A stretch of DNA of 40,804 nucleotides from Pyrinomonadaceae bacterium (lineage in GTDB: Bacteria > Acidobacteriota > Blastocatellia > Pyrinomonadales > Pyrinomonadaceae). The stretch is from positions 1 to 40,804 of the forward strand of contig JBGTRS010000001.1 of assembly GCA_041940665.1 (NCBI GenBank), given 5' to 3'. Position numbers and translations under genes: made by a program. Below the pieces are notes generated by a model. It made no database searches and was not told the origin of the DNA. It saw only the letters and a list, made by a program, of their open reading frames with translations. Positions 9,270 through 18,543 of this stretch are shown one piece after another. Numbering within the stretch: position 1 is the stretch's first letter; each line of letters starts with the position of its first letter.

Positions 9270-10442
9270 ATGAGGGTAACGATAATTTTTGCGGCGATTT
9301 TTTCTCTTTTTACGGCGGGCTGTGTTTCATCGCCCGAACCGACGGGTTTAGCGAAAGACGAGATCGTTTCAACAAAAGATTTCGGGAAATCAAAAAAAGA
9401 AACAAAATTTAAGGTCGAAACGGTGGCGAGCGGTTTGGAAGTGCCGTGGGGTTTTGCATTTTTATCCAAAGATAATTTACTTTTTACCGAGCGGCCGGGC
9501 CGGGTGCGGATGATCGAAAACGGAAAACTAAAGGACGGTGTGATCTACAAAGTTCCCGATGTCGAACCGACGGGCGAAAGCGGTTTGATGGACATTTCGC
9601 TTCATCCGAATTTCAACTCCAATAAATTCGTCTATCTCGCTTACGCCTACAAAAACGAGGACAAGCAAAACGTCAAGATCGTCCGCTATAAATTCGACGG
9701 AAAGATTCTGAACGAAGATAAGGTGATCATCGAAAAAATTCCCGCCGCTCCGAATCACGCCGGAACCCGGGCCAGATTCGGTCCCGACGGCAAACTCTAC
9801 GTGACGACCGGTGATGCGACCGACTGGAATCTCGCTCAAAAAACCGACTCCTTGGCGGGAAAGACCCTGCGTTTGAATGATGACGGAACCGTTCCGAAAG
9901 ACAATCCGTTCGTCAATGACAAAAATTACCGTCCCGAAATCTGGACGATCGGCCACCGCAACGCTCAAGGGCTGGCGTGGCAGCCCGGAACGAATCTGAT
10001 GTTTCAGACGGCTCATGGTCCGAGTCATTTTGAAGGCCGGGGCGGCGGGGCGGATGAGGTCAACATCGTCGAAAAAGGCAAAAATTACGGTTGGGCGGAA
10101 ATTTACGGAAATATGAAAAAAGATGGAATGGAATCGCCCCTGCTCGAATACACGCCGGCTTGTGCTCCGGCGAGTGCGATGTTCTACAACAGCAATAAAT
10201 TTCCCGATTTCAGAGGCGATCTCTTTTTCGGATGTTTACGCGGCGTGCGGATCATCCACGTCAAACTGGACGGCCGCAAAGTTATCGGACAGGAAGACAT
10301 TCTCAAAGGAAACTTCGGCAGAATCCGCGAGATGGCCGAATCGCCCGACGGCTACATATATTTTTCCACCTCGAACCGCGACGGCCGCGGTAATCCCGCA
10401 ACGGACGACGACCGGATTCTGCGGCTTGTCCCGGCAAAATAG
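9270..10442 (+). CDS. PQQ-dependent sugar (glucose/sorbosone) dehydrogenase, lipoprotein
   Basis: 390-aa ORF. Lipobox LFTAGC. ETVASGLEVPWGFAFL...LFTERPGRVRMI, HAGTRARFGPDGKLYVTTGD and IWTIGHRNAQGLAW are typical of soluble aldose sugar dehydrogenases (YliI-like). Confidence 0.85.
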   Translation: MRVTIIFAAIFSLFTAGCVSSPEPTGLAKDEIVSTKDFGKSKKETKFKVETVASGLEVPWGFAFLSKDNLLFTERPGRVRMIENGKLKDGVIYKVPDVEPTGESGLMDISLHPNFNSNKFVYLAYAYKNEDKQNVKIVRYKFDGKILNEDKVIIEKIPAAPNHAGTRARFGPDGKLYVTTGDATDWNLAQKTDSLAGKTLRLNDDGTVPKDNPFVNDKNYRPEIWTIGHRNAQGLAWQPGTNLMFQTAHGPSHFEGRGGGADEVNIVEKGKNYGWAEIYGNMKKDGMESPLLEYTPACAPASAMFYNSNKFPDFRGDLFFGCLRGVRIIHVKLDGRKVIGQEDILKGNFGRIREMAESPDGYIYFSTSNRDGRGNPATDDDRILRLVPAK

Positions 10443-10451
10443 CTGAAAAAT

Positions 10452-10500
10452 GAAAAGTGATAATTTTCAATGCAAAAGTACATATCAGTTATCACTTTTC
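10452..10500 (+). terminator. Possible stem-loop downstream of the sugar dehydrogenase gene
   Basis: A perfect 12-bp inverted repeat, GAAAAGTGATAA (10452-10463) with TTATCACTTTTC (10489-10500), encloses a 25-nt loop. No clean T-run follows. Confidence 0.3.
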
Positions 10501-10644
10501 GAACCATCCCATTTTTCCAAAACTTTTTACGAAATCCGGCGTAAAACCACATTTGCGAATGACGATCCGTTGTTTACGTGCATCTAAAGTTCGGTTCAAA
10601 CAAAAAATCTACTGCAATAATTAATTTTTACAGGAGTTTATTTA

Positions 10645-12341
10645 ATGAAATTACGTTCAAATATAATCTGGCAAAAATTCTTTGCCCTTTTCGTGATGTT
10701 CGCTTTACTGAGTGTTCCCGCGTTCGCTCAGATGGCGGCAACCGGAACCGTTCCGGTCAAGAAACGAGTTCGCTTTCCGCAACGGAACAGAAACTTACCC
10801 AGGGGATCACCATTGATTCGATCAAAAAATATACCAACGCACTTGCCTCGGACGAGATGGAAGGCCGCGGCACGATGCAACCCGGGGGCGATAAAGCGGC
10901 CAACTGGATCGCCGGACAGTTCAAATCTCTCGGCTTAAAACCGCTCGGCGATAAAGATTCTTATCTGCAATCGATCAAATTCAAAGAAACCGTTTTCACA
11001 CCGGAAACCGCTTTCGAGGTCGGTGAAGATAAATTCAAGATGGGCAAGGATTACGGATTTATTCCGTTGCCCTTTAAAAAAGAAAACGCCGATGTTAATG
11101 CCGAAATGGTCTTCATCGGCTATGGGATGGAGCTTTTTTCAAAAAAATCGGACATCCTTTCCAAGATCAAAGGTAAAATCGTTGTAATGATCGAAGGTCC
11201 GCCGGCAAGTGTTCCGAAAAAAGAATGGGAAGAAAAAAACGTCAGCATCGCAATGTTTCAAGGATTGGTGGCCAATGGCGTAAAAGCAATTATAACCATC
11301 GGAAATGGCCGAGAAGGCGATAAATCGGAAGAATATATCGATTATTTTGGCCGCCGGCAAATCGCTTTGGCGGATGAACAAGATTCACCTGCACCGTTTC
11401 CGATTCCGCCGTTGATGATGGTTAATCGTGCCACGGCTCAAAAATTATTCGCCAAATCGGACGTTGAATTTACCAAAGCAATGGCAGATGCCGAATATAA
11501 TACATTCAACTTTTTTGAACTAAAAAATTCGGCAAAGATCGTCACCAAATATGAAACTAAAAAAGGCACGAGCAGTAATGTCGTCGGCTATATCGAAGGA
11601 TCCGATCCGAAATTAAAAAATGAAGCCGTGCTTTTCTCGGCTCATTACGATGCTTACGGCGTTGAAAACGGCAAAATCTACAACGGTGCGGCGGACAACG
11701 CCCTCGGCACGGCGGAAATGCTGGCGGTCGCCGAATCGTTTTCAAAAATGAGCGAAAAACCGAAACGGTCGCTCATCTTCATTGCCGTTACGGGCGAAGA
11801 ATACGGACTTTACGGCTCGAAATACTGGGCGAATGAGCCGACCTGGGACATCAAAAAGGTGGCGGCGAACTTAAATCTCGACGGCATCGGCACGGAAGTC
11901 TTCGGTCCGGTTAAAAATATGGTCGGGTTCGGGGCGGAATACTCGACTCTGGGAGCGATGCTCGACGACGTCGCCAAATCCTACGGCATAAAAATTATGC
12001 CCGACCCGCAACCCGAAGAAAAAGTTTTCACCCGCTCGGATCATTATTCGTTCGTCAAACGCGGCGTCCCGGCTCTGATGCTGATGGGGGCTCCCGAAGG
12101 CACAAAGGAAGAATTGATCGCCAAGATCAAGTCTTGGGAAAAGGTCAATTATCATCAGCCGACCGATGACGTGATGGAAAACTGGGATTGGACAGGAGCG
12201 AAAACCGTCGCCGATATGATGGGCGTTCTCGGTTTGCGAATCGCCAATCAGGAAAAAATGCCCGAATGGCTGAAAGGCACGCGCTTCGGCGATCTCAAAC
12301 GCGGAAACACCAAAGATATTCCCGAAGAAGACGAGAATTAA
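10645..12341 (+). pseudogene. Secreted M28-family aminopeptidase with an apparent 1-nt frameshift just after the signal peptide
   Basis: AGGAG (10632-10636) lies 8 nt upstream of ATG 10645, which opens a frame-1 signal peptide (MKLRSNIIWQKFFALFVMFALLSVPAFAQ). The M28 body (DEMEGRGTMQPGGDKAANWI...SAHYDAYG...GAADNALGTAEML...TGEEYGLYGS) is in frame 3. One extra A near 10762-10764 would read ...VPVKKTSSLSATEQKLTQGI... Confidence 0.7.
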
Positions 12342-12353
12342 GTTAAACGCATA

Positions 12354-12416
12354 AAAAAAGTGAAGGAGCGAAAAAGTCTGTGTATTACCCGGCTTTTTCG
12401 CTCCTTCACTTTTTTA
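12354..12416. terminator. Bidirectional rho-independent terminator between convergent genes
   Basis: Perfect 17-bp stem GTGAAGGAGCGAAAAAG (12361-12377) with CTTTTTCGCTCCTTCAC (12394-12410). An A-run (12354-12360) precedes it and a T-run (12411-12416) follows. Confidence 0.8.
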
Positions 12417-12420
12417 CTTT

Positions 12421-13002
12421 CTACCGTCTTCTTTGACAGGAAGATTTCCAGAAAGCATTTGCTTTCCCGTCGTTCATTGATTCGCCGACCCATTTAAAAC
12501 CGTCTTTGGAAATACCGGAAAAGGTCAGACGGGTTCCCTGTTTATTATCGCCCTGCCGCATGACGAGGTTTTCTCCTTCCCTGACACCTTCCCAGACTCC
12601 GCTCGCATAATTCGGCATACGGAAAAACGTCACCTTCCATTTTTTCTCTTTCGCGTCGAAAATCCTGATGTTCGAGGTCGAAAACGCCGGACTCCAGTAT
12701 TGATCTAAAATGCCGTGTCCGTTCAGAAAATATTTCGCGTTCCAGACGGCCGGAAATTTCGCCCATTTGCCCGTTTGCGGATTGAAAATCTCGTCCATGC
12801 ATTCAAATTCGCCGATCATAAACGCAAACTGAGCGGTCTCCGGCGGGGCGTCCGGGTTTAACCGGCCGAACGGAAATGCGGGACTTGCTTCAAAGCCCAT
12901 CGAAGTTTTCGGAACAGAATTGGTTTGAGCCGAAACGAAAAAAAAAGATACTGACAAAATGAAAAGCAGATGCAGTAAGCGGAATAATTTTTTTTCAGGC
13001 AT
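12421..13002 (-). CDS. Secreted hypothetical protein (possibly DUF1579/lipocalin-like)
   Basis: 193-aa ORF with an N-terminal signal peptide (LLHLLFILSVSFFFVSAQ). I recognise no catalytic motifs, and the family assignment is only an impression. Confidence 0.55.
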   Translation of the reverse strand: MPEKKLFRLLHLLFILSVSFFFVSAQTNSVPKTSMGFEASPAFPFGRLNPDAPPETAQFAFMIGEFECMDEIFNPQTGKWAKFPAVWNAKYFLNGHGILDQYWSPAFSTSNIRIFDAKEKKWKVTFFRMPNYASGVWEGVREGENLVMRQGDNKQGTRLTFSGISKDGFKWVGESMNDGKANAFWKSSCQRRR

Positions 13003-13113
13003 TTGATCTTCTCCAAAGGTTTATTTTGAACGGAATGCCGCCATTCTTTCACAAAGCCTGCTAAATGTCTTGAAAGAGTCTTGAAATTTTCTTTAAAGTT
13101 TTTTGGTCAGTAT

Positions 13114-14118
13114 TTACATACCCGCCAGAGCCACGCCGTCCGGTCCCGCTCCGGCTTCAGCCCGCCCGATAACCTCGTATTTTCCGAGATCGATCTTTAT
13201 CACGCCGTCCTTTTGCACGGTCGTAACGAACGCAAATCTGCTGTCTTTCGAGAAGATTAGGCCTAGGGGAACATCTTCCAAACTCAGACGCTTTATCTCT
13301 TTCCGCGTTTTGGCATCGGTGAACACGAGTTCTTTTTTATTCGGAAGAGTCGAAACGACCTGCTTGCCGTCGGGCGTAAATCGGACGCGATACGGTCTTT
13401 CGCCCAAACTTATTTTTTCGACGACTTTTTTGCTGGCCGTATCAACGACATCAATTGCACCTTCAGCATTCAGACCGACCCAAACTTCTCGGCCGTCGGG
13501 CGAAAGGTCAATCGCTTCGGGCTGTTTGCCGACGGGAATCTGCGTAATCTGCGAACCGGCGGGCGGAATGTTCTGGAGTTCGAACATCGTCACCGAATCA
13601 GAGCCGATATTCGCCGTGTAAAACCGCTTCTGATCGGATGATCCGACCACCATATGCGAAGCGTTCTGACCCGTTCCCATGATCCAATCAACCTTATTTG
13701 TTGCGGGATCGAACCTCGCGATCGCCCGGTTCGTCTCCGCCGTGAAGTAGATTTTTCCGCCGATCTCCTGAATGCCGTGCGGACGCATCAGGGGCGAAAG
13801 GTCAACGCGGCGAAGTTCTTTCATCGCTTTTAAGTCAATCACCGACAGCGAACTTCCCGGCGTCTGCGAGCCGTAATTGGCGACAAACGCCGTTTTGCCG
13901 TCTTGAGAGACGACGACCTCGTGCGGCGCATCGCCGACCGTGACGTTGCCCAAAACCTTCATGGAATGGGCTTCGAGAATCGTCAGAGATGCTCCGGCTT
14001 TATTTAAAACCAGTAAAAGCGGTTTGTCGGAAGATTGGTTATCCTGCGAACAGGCGATCAGCGGAAAGGCGAACAATAAAAATGCGTATGAAAATAAAAA
14101 GGGGCGTATGAATTTCAT
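13114..14118 (-). CDS. YVTN/YncE-like beta-propeller repeat lipoprotein
   Basis: 334-aa ORF. Lipobox PLIAC. It has repeated roughly 40-aa units of the form ...G..P.gi..spDGk..yvan....svsviD... Confidence 0.8.
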   Translation of the reverse strand: MKFIRPFLFSYAFLLFAFPLIACSQDNQSSDKPLLLVLNKAGASLTILEAHSMKVLGNVTVGDAPHEVVVSQDGKTAFVANYGSQTPGSSLSVIDLKAMKELRRVDLSPLMRPHGIQEIGGKIYFTAETNRAIARFDPATNKVDWIMGTGQNASHMVVGSSDQKRFYTANIGSDSVTMFELQNIPPAGSQITQIPVGKQPEAIDLSPDGREVWVGLNAEGAIDVVDTASKKVVEKISLGERPYRVRFTPDGKQVVSTLPNKKELVFTDAKTRKEIKRLSLEDVPLGLIFSKDSRFAFVTTVQKDGVIKIDLGKYEVIGRAEAGAGPDGVALAGM

Positions 14119-14190
14119 ATCGTTTCTCCTGATTTTTAGGTTTGATATGAATTTTACGCCGCTTTCAGAAAAAGGTTTCTATTAAAAACT

Positions 14191-14329
14191 GTAACGCCAT
14201 CGTCCCGGTGGCTGTCCTGAGACCGTCCCGGTCTCAGATTCAACATTTAATAAATACAACATTAATCAAAATAAACTTGATGTGGCGGCGGGACGCACGC
14301 CACGACTGCCACCGAGGTGGTGGCGTTAC
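14191..14329. repeat. 139-bp intergenic palindromic element with GC-rich, internally repetitive arms and an AT-rich centre
   Basis: The terminal inverted repeats are GTAACGCCATCGTCCCGGTGGC (14191-14212) and GCCACCGAGGTGGTGGCGTTAC (14308-14329), matching 18/22 overall and 9/9 at the tips. Internal hairpins are TGAGACCG-TCC-CGGTCTCA (14218-14236), GTGGCG...CGCCAC (14282-14303) and GCCACC-GAGGT-GGTGGC (14308-14324). The CGTCCCGGT core appears twice, with GGGACG on the opposite arm. The right tip overlaps the msrA stop codon. Confidence 0.55.
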
Positions 14330-14871
14330 GGTTTCAAGCGATGAGCGAATTTTTGCCGGAATTTCCCGACTTTCGGGCTGACGACCGCCGCACAATAGGG
14401 CTGGTTCGGATTTTTTTCAAAATAATTCTGATGATACTCTTCCGCCGGATAAAAGTTTGTAAATTCAGTAACTTCCGTGACGATCTCGTCATCAAAAACG
14501 CCCTCGTTCTCAAGTTCTTCGATAACTTCATCCGCCGTTTCCTTCTGTTCCGGGGAATGATAAAAAACCGCCGAGCGATAGGACGAGCCGACATCGTTGC
14601 CCTGCCGGTTTAAGGTCGTCGGATCGTGCGTCCCGAAGAATATCTCCAAAATTTCTTTATATGAAATCTCGTTCGGGTTAAATCTTATCTGCACGACTTC
14701 GGCGTGGCCGGTTGTTTCCGAACAAACTTCCTGATAGGTCGGGTTTTCCGTATGCCCGCCCGAATATCCCGACACGACATCTTCGACGCCCTGCACGGCA
14801 TCAAAAACCGCTTCCGTACACCAGAAGCAGCCGCCGCCCAGGGTTGCTGTTTCTAAAGAATTATTTTCCAT
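14326..14871 (-). CDS. msrA: Peptide-methionine (S)-S-oxide reductase
   Basis: It has the GGGCFWCTEAVF active-site motif and the GYSGG and HDPTTLNRQG motifs. The ORF is open to 14892 (TTG), but the first ATG at 14871 (MENNSLE...) is the more likely start. Confidence 0.9.
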   Translation of the reverse strand: MENNSLETATLGGGCFWCTEAVFDAVQGVEDVVSGYSGGHTENPTYQEVCSETTGHAEVVQIRFNPNEISYKEILEIFFGTHDPTTLNRQGNDVGSSYRSAVFYHSPEQKETADEVIEELENEGVFDDEIVTEVTEFTNFYPAEEYHQNYFEKNPNQPYCAAVVSPKVGKFRQKFAHRLKP

Positions 14872-14949
14872 AAATTTATGTTGGCAAATCAAAGATCGGA
14901 ACGCAAGCGTCCCGCTTGCAATAAACGCAACTGCGTTCAGCAGGCGAAT

Positions 14950-15606
14950 CTATTTCTTCGATTTTAATGCTTCCGCCTGTTTTGCCCGGTCTTCATCGGA
15001 AAAATCCAAAGATGCCGCCATTTTTGAACGGCGATATCCGGCGACGTTTTGAGCTACCGACGCGAAGGCTTCCTGCGTGCCGATGGTGTTGGCCGCGTAG
15101 GTTAAAGCCGCGTTGGCACTGATGCCGATGGCTTCGGCACTCAGGATCGCATCCTGATTCGCCCCGATAAAGATAAACTGCCAATTATAGACATCGCGTT
15201 GATGCGAGATCATTTCGTTGATCTTCGTCGCCGAAAACTCTTTCGAAGCGTTTTCAAAACCGTCCGTCAAGATGACGAAAACGACCGAATCCGGTCTTTC
15301 CGCTTCGTCCAAAGCCGCCAGTCTCTGTCCGACGGAATTTACGGTGCGTCCGACGGCGTCATAAAGGGCGGTCATTCCGCGTGGCTGAAAAGTTTCCTGC
15401 GTTAGACGATCGGCCGTCTGAATATCCTTATCGGAATAGACGACCTCATATTGATCGTCAAACTGGACGAGCGAGATCGCCGCTTCGCCTTCGACCTTCT
15501 GCTGTTCGGCGAGAAAATTATTAAATCCGCCGATCGTGTCCGATTTGACGCTTTCCATCGAACCCGAACGGTCGAGAATGACCGTAATATCCGTTTTATC
15601 TTTCAT
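14950..15606 (-). CDS. Stand-alone von Willebrand factor type A (vWA) domain protein
   Basis: 218-aa ORF. The MIDAS motif is DRSGSM, followed by GMTALYDA and ILTDGFEN. There is no signal peptide or TM segment. Confidence 0.8.
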   Translation of the reverse strand: MKDKTDITVILDRSGSMESVKSDTIGGFNNFLAEQQKVEGEAAISLVQFDDQYEVVYSDKDIQTADRLTQETFQPRGMTALYDAVGRTVNSVGQRLAALDEAERPDSVVFVILTDGFENASKEFSATKINEMISHQRDVYNWQFIFIGANQDAILSAEAIGISANAALTYAANTIGTQEAFASVAQNVAGYRRSKMAASLDFSDEDRAKQAEALKSKK

Positions 15607-15763
15607 ATCATTTTACTCCTTTTTTTTCACGGCAAATCTTCGCTTGATCGAGGTTTCGGCGGTTTGATCTGCTCATATATAGACGACGCAAGCAAAGCCG
15701 GCATCTTGCCTTTCGCCTTTGCAACTTTTAAAAATAATGTTCATTTTATCAAATGATGATGTT

Positions 15764-16987
15764 TTACATTTCAGGTTTGTCCGCTTTTATCATCGCCGCC
15801 ACTTCGCGTCCCGATTTCATCGCACCGTTGAGCGACGGATATGCCGTATAATCTCCGCACCGGTAGGTGTATTCGTTGATCTTTAAATCCGGTTTGCTCC
15901 GTGAATCTTTCAGATATTGCGGTAAAGCTTCGGGAATTTTGTAGGTTTTCAGATGCCGCCAGTTTTTTCCGCCGCCGAACCATTTATCCAGGTCGTTTTT
16001 GATTGTTTCTTCCGAAACCTCTTTGTTGCCAACAAGGTTTGCGGAAATCAAGGTTTTGCCGTTTGCGGAATAATCCGGCACGGCATCGGAGGCGGGAAAA
16101 ATATGATCGATCGGTTCTTCTCTGTTGGAATTGATGATGAGATACGCTTCGTCCTCAAATTCGAGCGGAGAATCGCTTTCAAAATAAATACAGGTCGTCG
16201 AGTTAAATTCGGTTGCCGATTTTTCACCGAGCAGTTTCGCCGCCGTGTTCGCATCCGCGGCAATGACGATCTTTTCGGCCGCGATCTTTTCGCCGTTTTC
16301 TAAATGAACGGTCTTTCCTTCAATTTTTTGAACACGGGTATTCAACCTGATCTGACCTTCTGACAAATTACCGGCGATCTGTTCGGGAATCGCCTGCATT
16401 CCGGCGGCGGGAACGACGACCTCGCCTTTGGAAAATTGGCCGTATAGAAATTTAAATAGATCGGCTCTTGTTTCTAAATTTCTTTCTAAAAAGACACCGC
16501 GGAAAAACGGCACGAAAAAGCGTTCGATGATCCGGTCGGTATAGCCGAAGTATTTTAAGAAATCGTGCGTCGTGCGTCGCTCACTCGACTGGGCGGGATC
16601 GGTCAGACTTCGCGTATCGAGATTCATCTGAAAAACGTGGAGTTTATCGAGCAAACTTCCGACGGGTGCGAAAAGTGCCTTTGGTGCCGTCCAAATGTCT
16701 TTTAAGGGATTCGGCATGACGAAAAAGTCGTCGCCGTAGCGGATTCTCGCTCCCGAAGGAATTTCCCTGAAATTCAGTTCGCCGTAATTCAAAAGTTTTT
16801 GAGCTTCGGGATAAGACGTTAAAAAGACCTGAAACCCGCGGTCGAGCTTGAAGCCGTCCACCTCATCCGTTCTGACACGCCCGCCGACCGCATCCGACGC
16901 TTCCAGGACGGTTGCTTCAATTCCTTTATCTTTTAAGTATTTCGCACAGGTCAAACCGGCGATTCCTGCTCCGATTATTACGATCAT
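15764..16987 (-). CDS. FAD-dependent oxidoreductase, amine-oxidase/phytoene-desaturase-like
   Basis: 407-aa ORF. The N-terminal dinucleotide fold is [18 protein letters not shown]...[14 protein letters not shown], and the C-terminal motif is [16 protein letters not shown]. Confidence 0.85.
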   Translation of the reverse strand: MIVIIGAGIAGLTCAKYLKDKGIEATVLEASDAVGGRVRTDEVDGFKLDRGFQVFLTSYPEAQKLLNYGELNFREIPSGARIRYGDDFFVMPNPLKDIWTAPKALFAPVGSLLDKLHVFQMNLDTRSLTDPAQSSERRTTHDFLKYFGYTDRIIERFFVPFFRGVFLERNLETRADLFKFLYGQFSKGEVVVPAAGMQAIPEQIAGNLSEGQIRLNTRVQKIEGKTVHLENGEKIAAEKIVIAADANTAAKLLGEKSATEFNSTTCIYFESDSPLEFEDEAYLIINSNREEPIDHIFPASDAVPDYSANGKTLISANLVGNKEVSEETIKNDLDKWFGGGKNWRHLKTYKIPEALPQYLKDSRSKPDLKINEYTYRCGDYTAYPSLNGAMKSGREVAAMIKADKPEM

Positions 16988-17044
16988 AATTTTTGTTTTA
17001 TCAATTGAAAATCAACCCTCAATGCTCTCTGTGGATAAATTTCT

Positions 17045-18520
17045 TTATAAATTCTCCAAGAATTCTTTGGCATTCTCAATATGGGCCGACCTTTTTTCCG
17101 CATCCATTTTGTCGAAATTGCCGATGAGCATCGCCAGACGCGGATTTTTCGAAAGTTTATCGCGGTGCGAATCCATAAAGTTCCAGAAAAGTCCGTCCCA
17201 GGTTTCCTGCCAATCGCCTTTTTTGTGGCCGCCCATTTTGCTCAAGTAATTACTGCCGCTGATATAGGGCTTTGTCGCCATCATTCCGCCGTCGGCAAAC
17301 TGCGACATCCCGTAAACATTCGGCACCATCACCCAATCGTAGGCGTCTATGAAAAGTTCCATAAACCAAAGGTAAACTTCGTCCGGGTCGAACTCGCACA
17401 AAAGCATAAAATTTCCGAGGATCATCAGACGCTCGATATGATGGCAATAGCCCGTTTCCAGAACCTTTTTGATCGTTATATCAACGGGTTCGATGCCCGT
17501 TTCGGCAGTCCAGAAAGATTCGGGAATCTTACGCTTAAAACCCCAATAATTCATAGTCCGTTCCTTTGAACCGACCTTTTCATAGACGCCGCGGATGAAT
17601 TCCCGCCAGCCGATGATCTGCCGTACAAAACCTTCGAGCGAATTTGTCGGAATATCTTCTTTCTCGGCAAATTCAAGCGTTCGGTCAATCACCTTTTCGG
17701 GCGTAAGCAAACCGGAATTTATCAAAGGTGATAAAACGCTATGATTTATGATCTTTTCATCCGCAACGATCGCGTCTTCATACGTGCCGAATTCCTCAAA
17801 GCGTTTTTTCAAAAATTGCTCAAGCCAGTTCTCAGCTTCTTTGAAAGTCGCCGGGTAATTGAATTCGCCCTCCAACTCGCCGTAATTATCACCGAAATTT
17901 TCTTTGACGTATTTTTCGGCTTCTTTGGTGAATTTATTTTTTTCGGGAAATTCGACTTCCGGCGGCGTTTTGTCTTTCGGATATTTTTCGCGGTTTTCGT
18001 CGTCAAACGACCATTTTCCGCCTTGCGGCTCATCGCCGTTTTCGATCAAGATACCGCGTTTTTGTCTTTGCTGTTTATAAAACGCCGTCTGAAAAAATTT
18101 CTTGTTCTTGCTGCCGAAGTATTCTTTCAGGTCTTCTTTTGAATTCAGAAACAGCGGCGTCGTGAGGATTTCCAATTCGAGTTTGTCCACTGCTTTTTCG
18201 CGGATTCGCTTTTCGAGCCAGTTGTCCGTTACATCGCAGAATCGAATCTTTTCAAAACCTTCTTCGATCAAGTAGGGAATCAGATCTCTGACATCGGAAA
18301 TATCTTCGCTTGATTCGACATATCTGACCTTCAAACCATTTTCCTTCAAAAAATCCTCGTAAAATTTCATCGTCGCCCGATGGAATTTGAGTTTCTGTTT
18401 GTGAAACTTGTAATGCCGGAAAAACAAAAATTCTTCGACCAGAAGAACTTCCGAACCCTCACAGATCGCCGGATTTTCCTCGAATAACTGGTGCGGAAAA
18501 ATCAGTGTCGCTGTTTTCAT
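17045..18520 (-). CDS. Cryptochrome/photolyase-family protein of the COG3046 (FeS-BCP / bacterial 6-4 photolyase-like) type
   Basis: 491-aa ORF. Motifs are IFPHQLF..., SVLSPLINSGLLTP, IGWREF, ETGYCHHIERLMILGNF, FIDAYDWVMVPNVYGMSQFADGG and TKPYISGSNY. Confidence 0.85.
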   Translation of the reverse strand: MKTATLIFPHQLFEENPAICEGSEVLLVEEFLFFRHYKFHKQKLKFHRATMKFYEDFLKENGLKVRYVESSEDISDVRDLIPYLIEEGFEKIRFCDVTDNWLEKRIREKAVDKLELEILTTPLFLNSKEDLKEYFGSKNKKFFQTAFYKQQRQKRGILIENGDEPQGGKWSFDDENREKYPKDKTPPEVEFPEKNKFTKEAEKYVKENFGDNYGELEGEFNYPATFKEAENWLEQFLKKRFEEFGTYEDAIVADEKIINHSVLSPLINSGLLTPEKVIDRTLEFAEKEDIPTNSLEGFVRQIIGWREFIRGVYEKVGSKERTMNYWGFKRKIPESFWTAETGIEPVDITIKKVLETGYCHHIERLMILGNFMLLCEFDPDEVYLWFMELFIDAYDWVMVPNVYGMSQFADGGMMATKPYISGSNYLSKMGGHKKGDWQETWDGLFWNFMDSHRDKLSKNPRLAMLIGNFDKMDAEKRSAHIENAKEFLENL

Positions 18521-18543
18521 TTTATCCCCTTATTCTTACGGTT

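Noticed and set aside
10578-10644. A GTG start at 10578 would make the M28 peptidase one uninterrupted 587-aa ORF.
   Set aside because: The resulting N-terminus (MHLKFGSNKKSTAIINFYRSLFNEITFKYNLAKILCPFRDVRFTECSRVR...) spans AT-rich spacer, lacks a signal peptide and lacks an RBS. An AGGAG-ATG-signal-peptide start exists at 10645 in another frame, so a frameshift is the better explanation.
14191-14329. A tRNA or tmRNA-like gene in the structured spacer next to msrA.
   Set aside because: There is no cloverleaf arrangement, no GTTCRANYC T-loop and no acceptor-stem pairing of tRNA dimensions. The central 45 nt are almost pure A/T.
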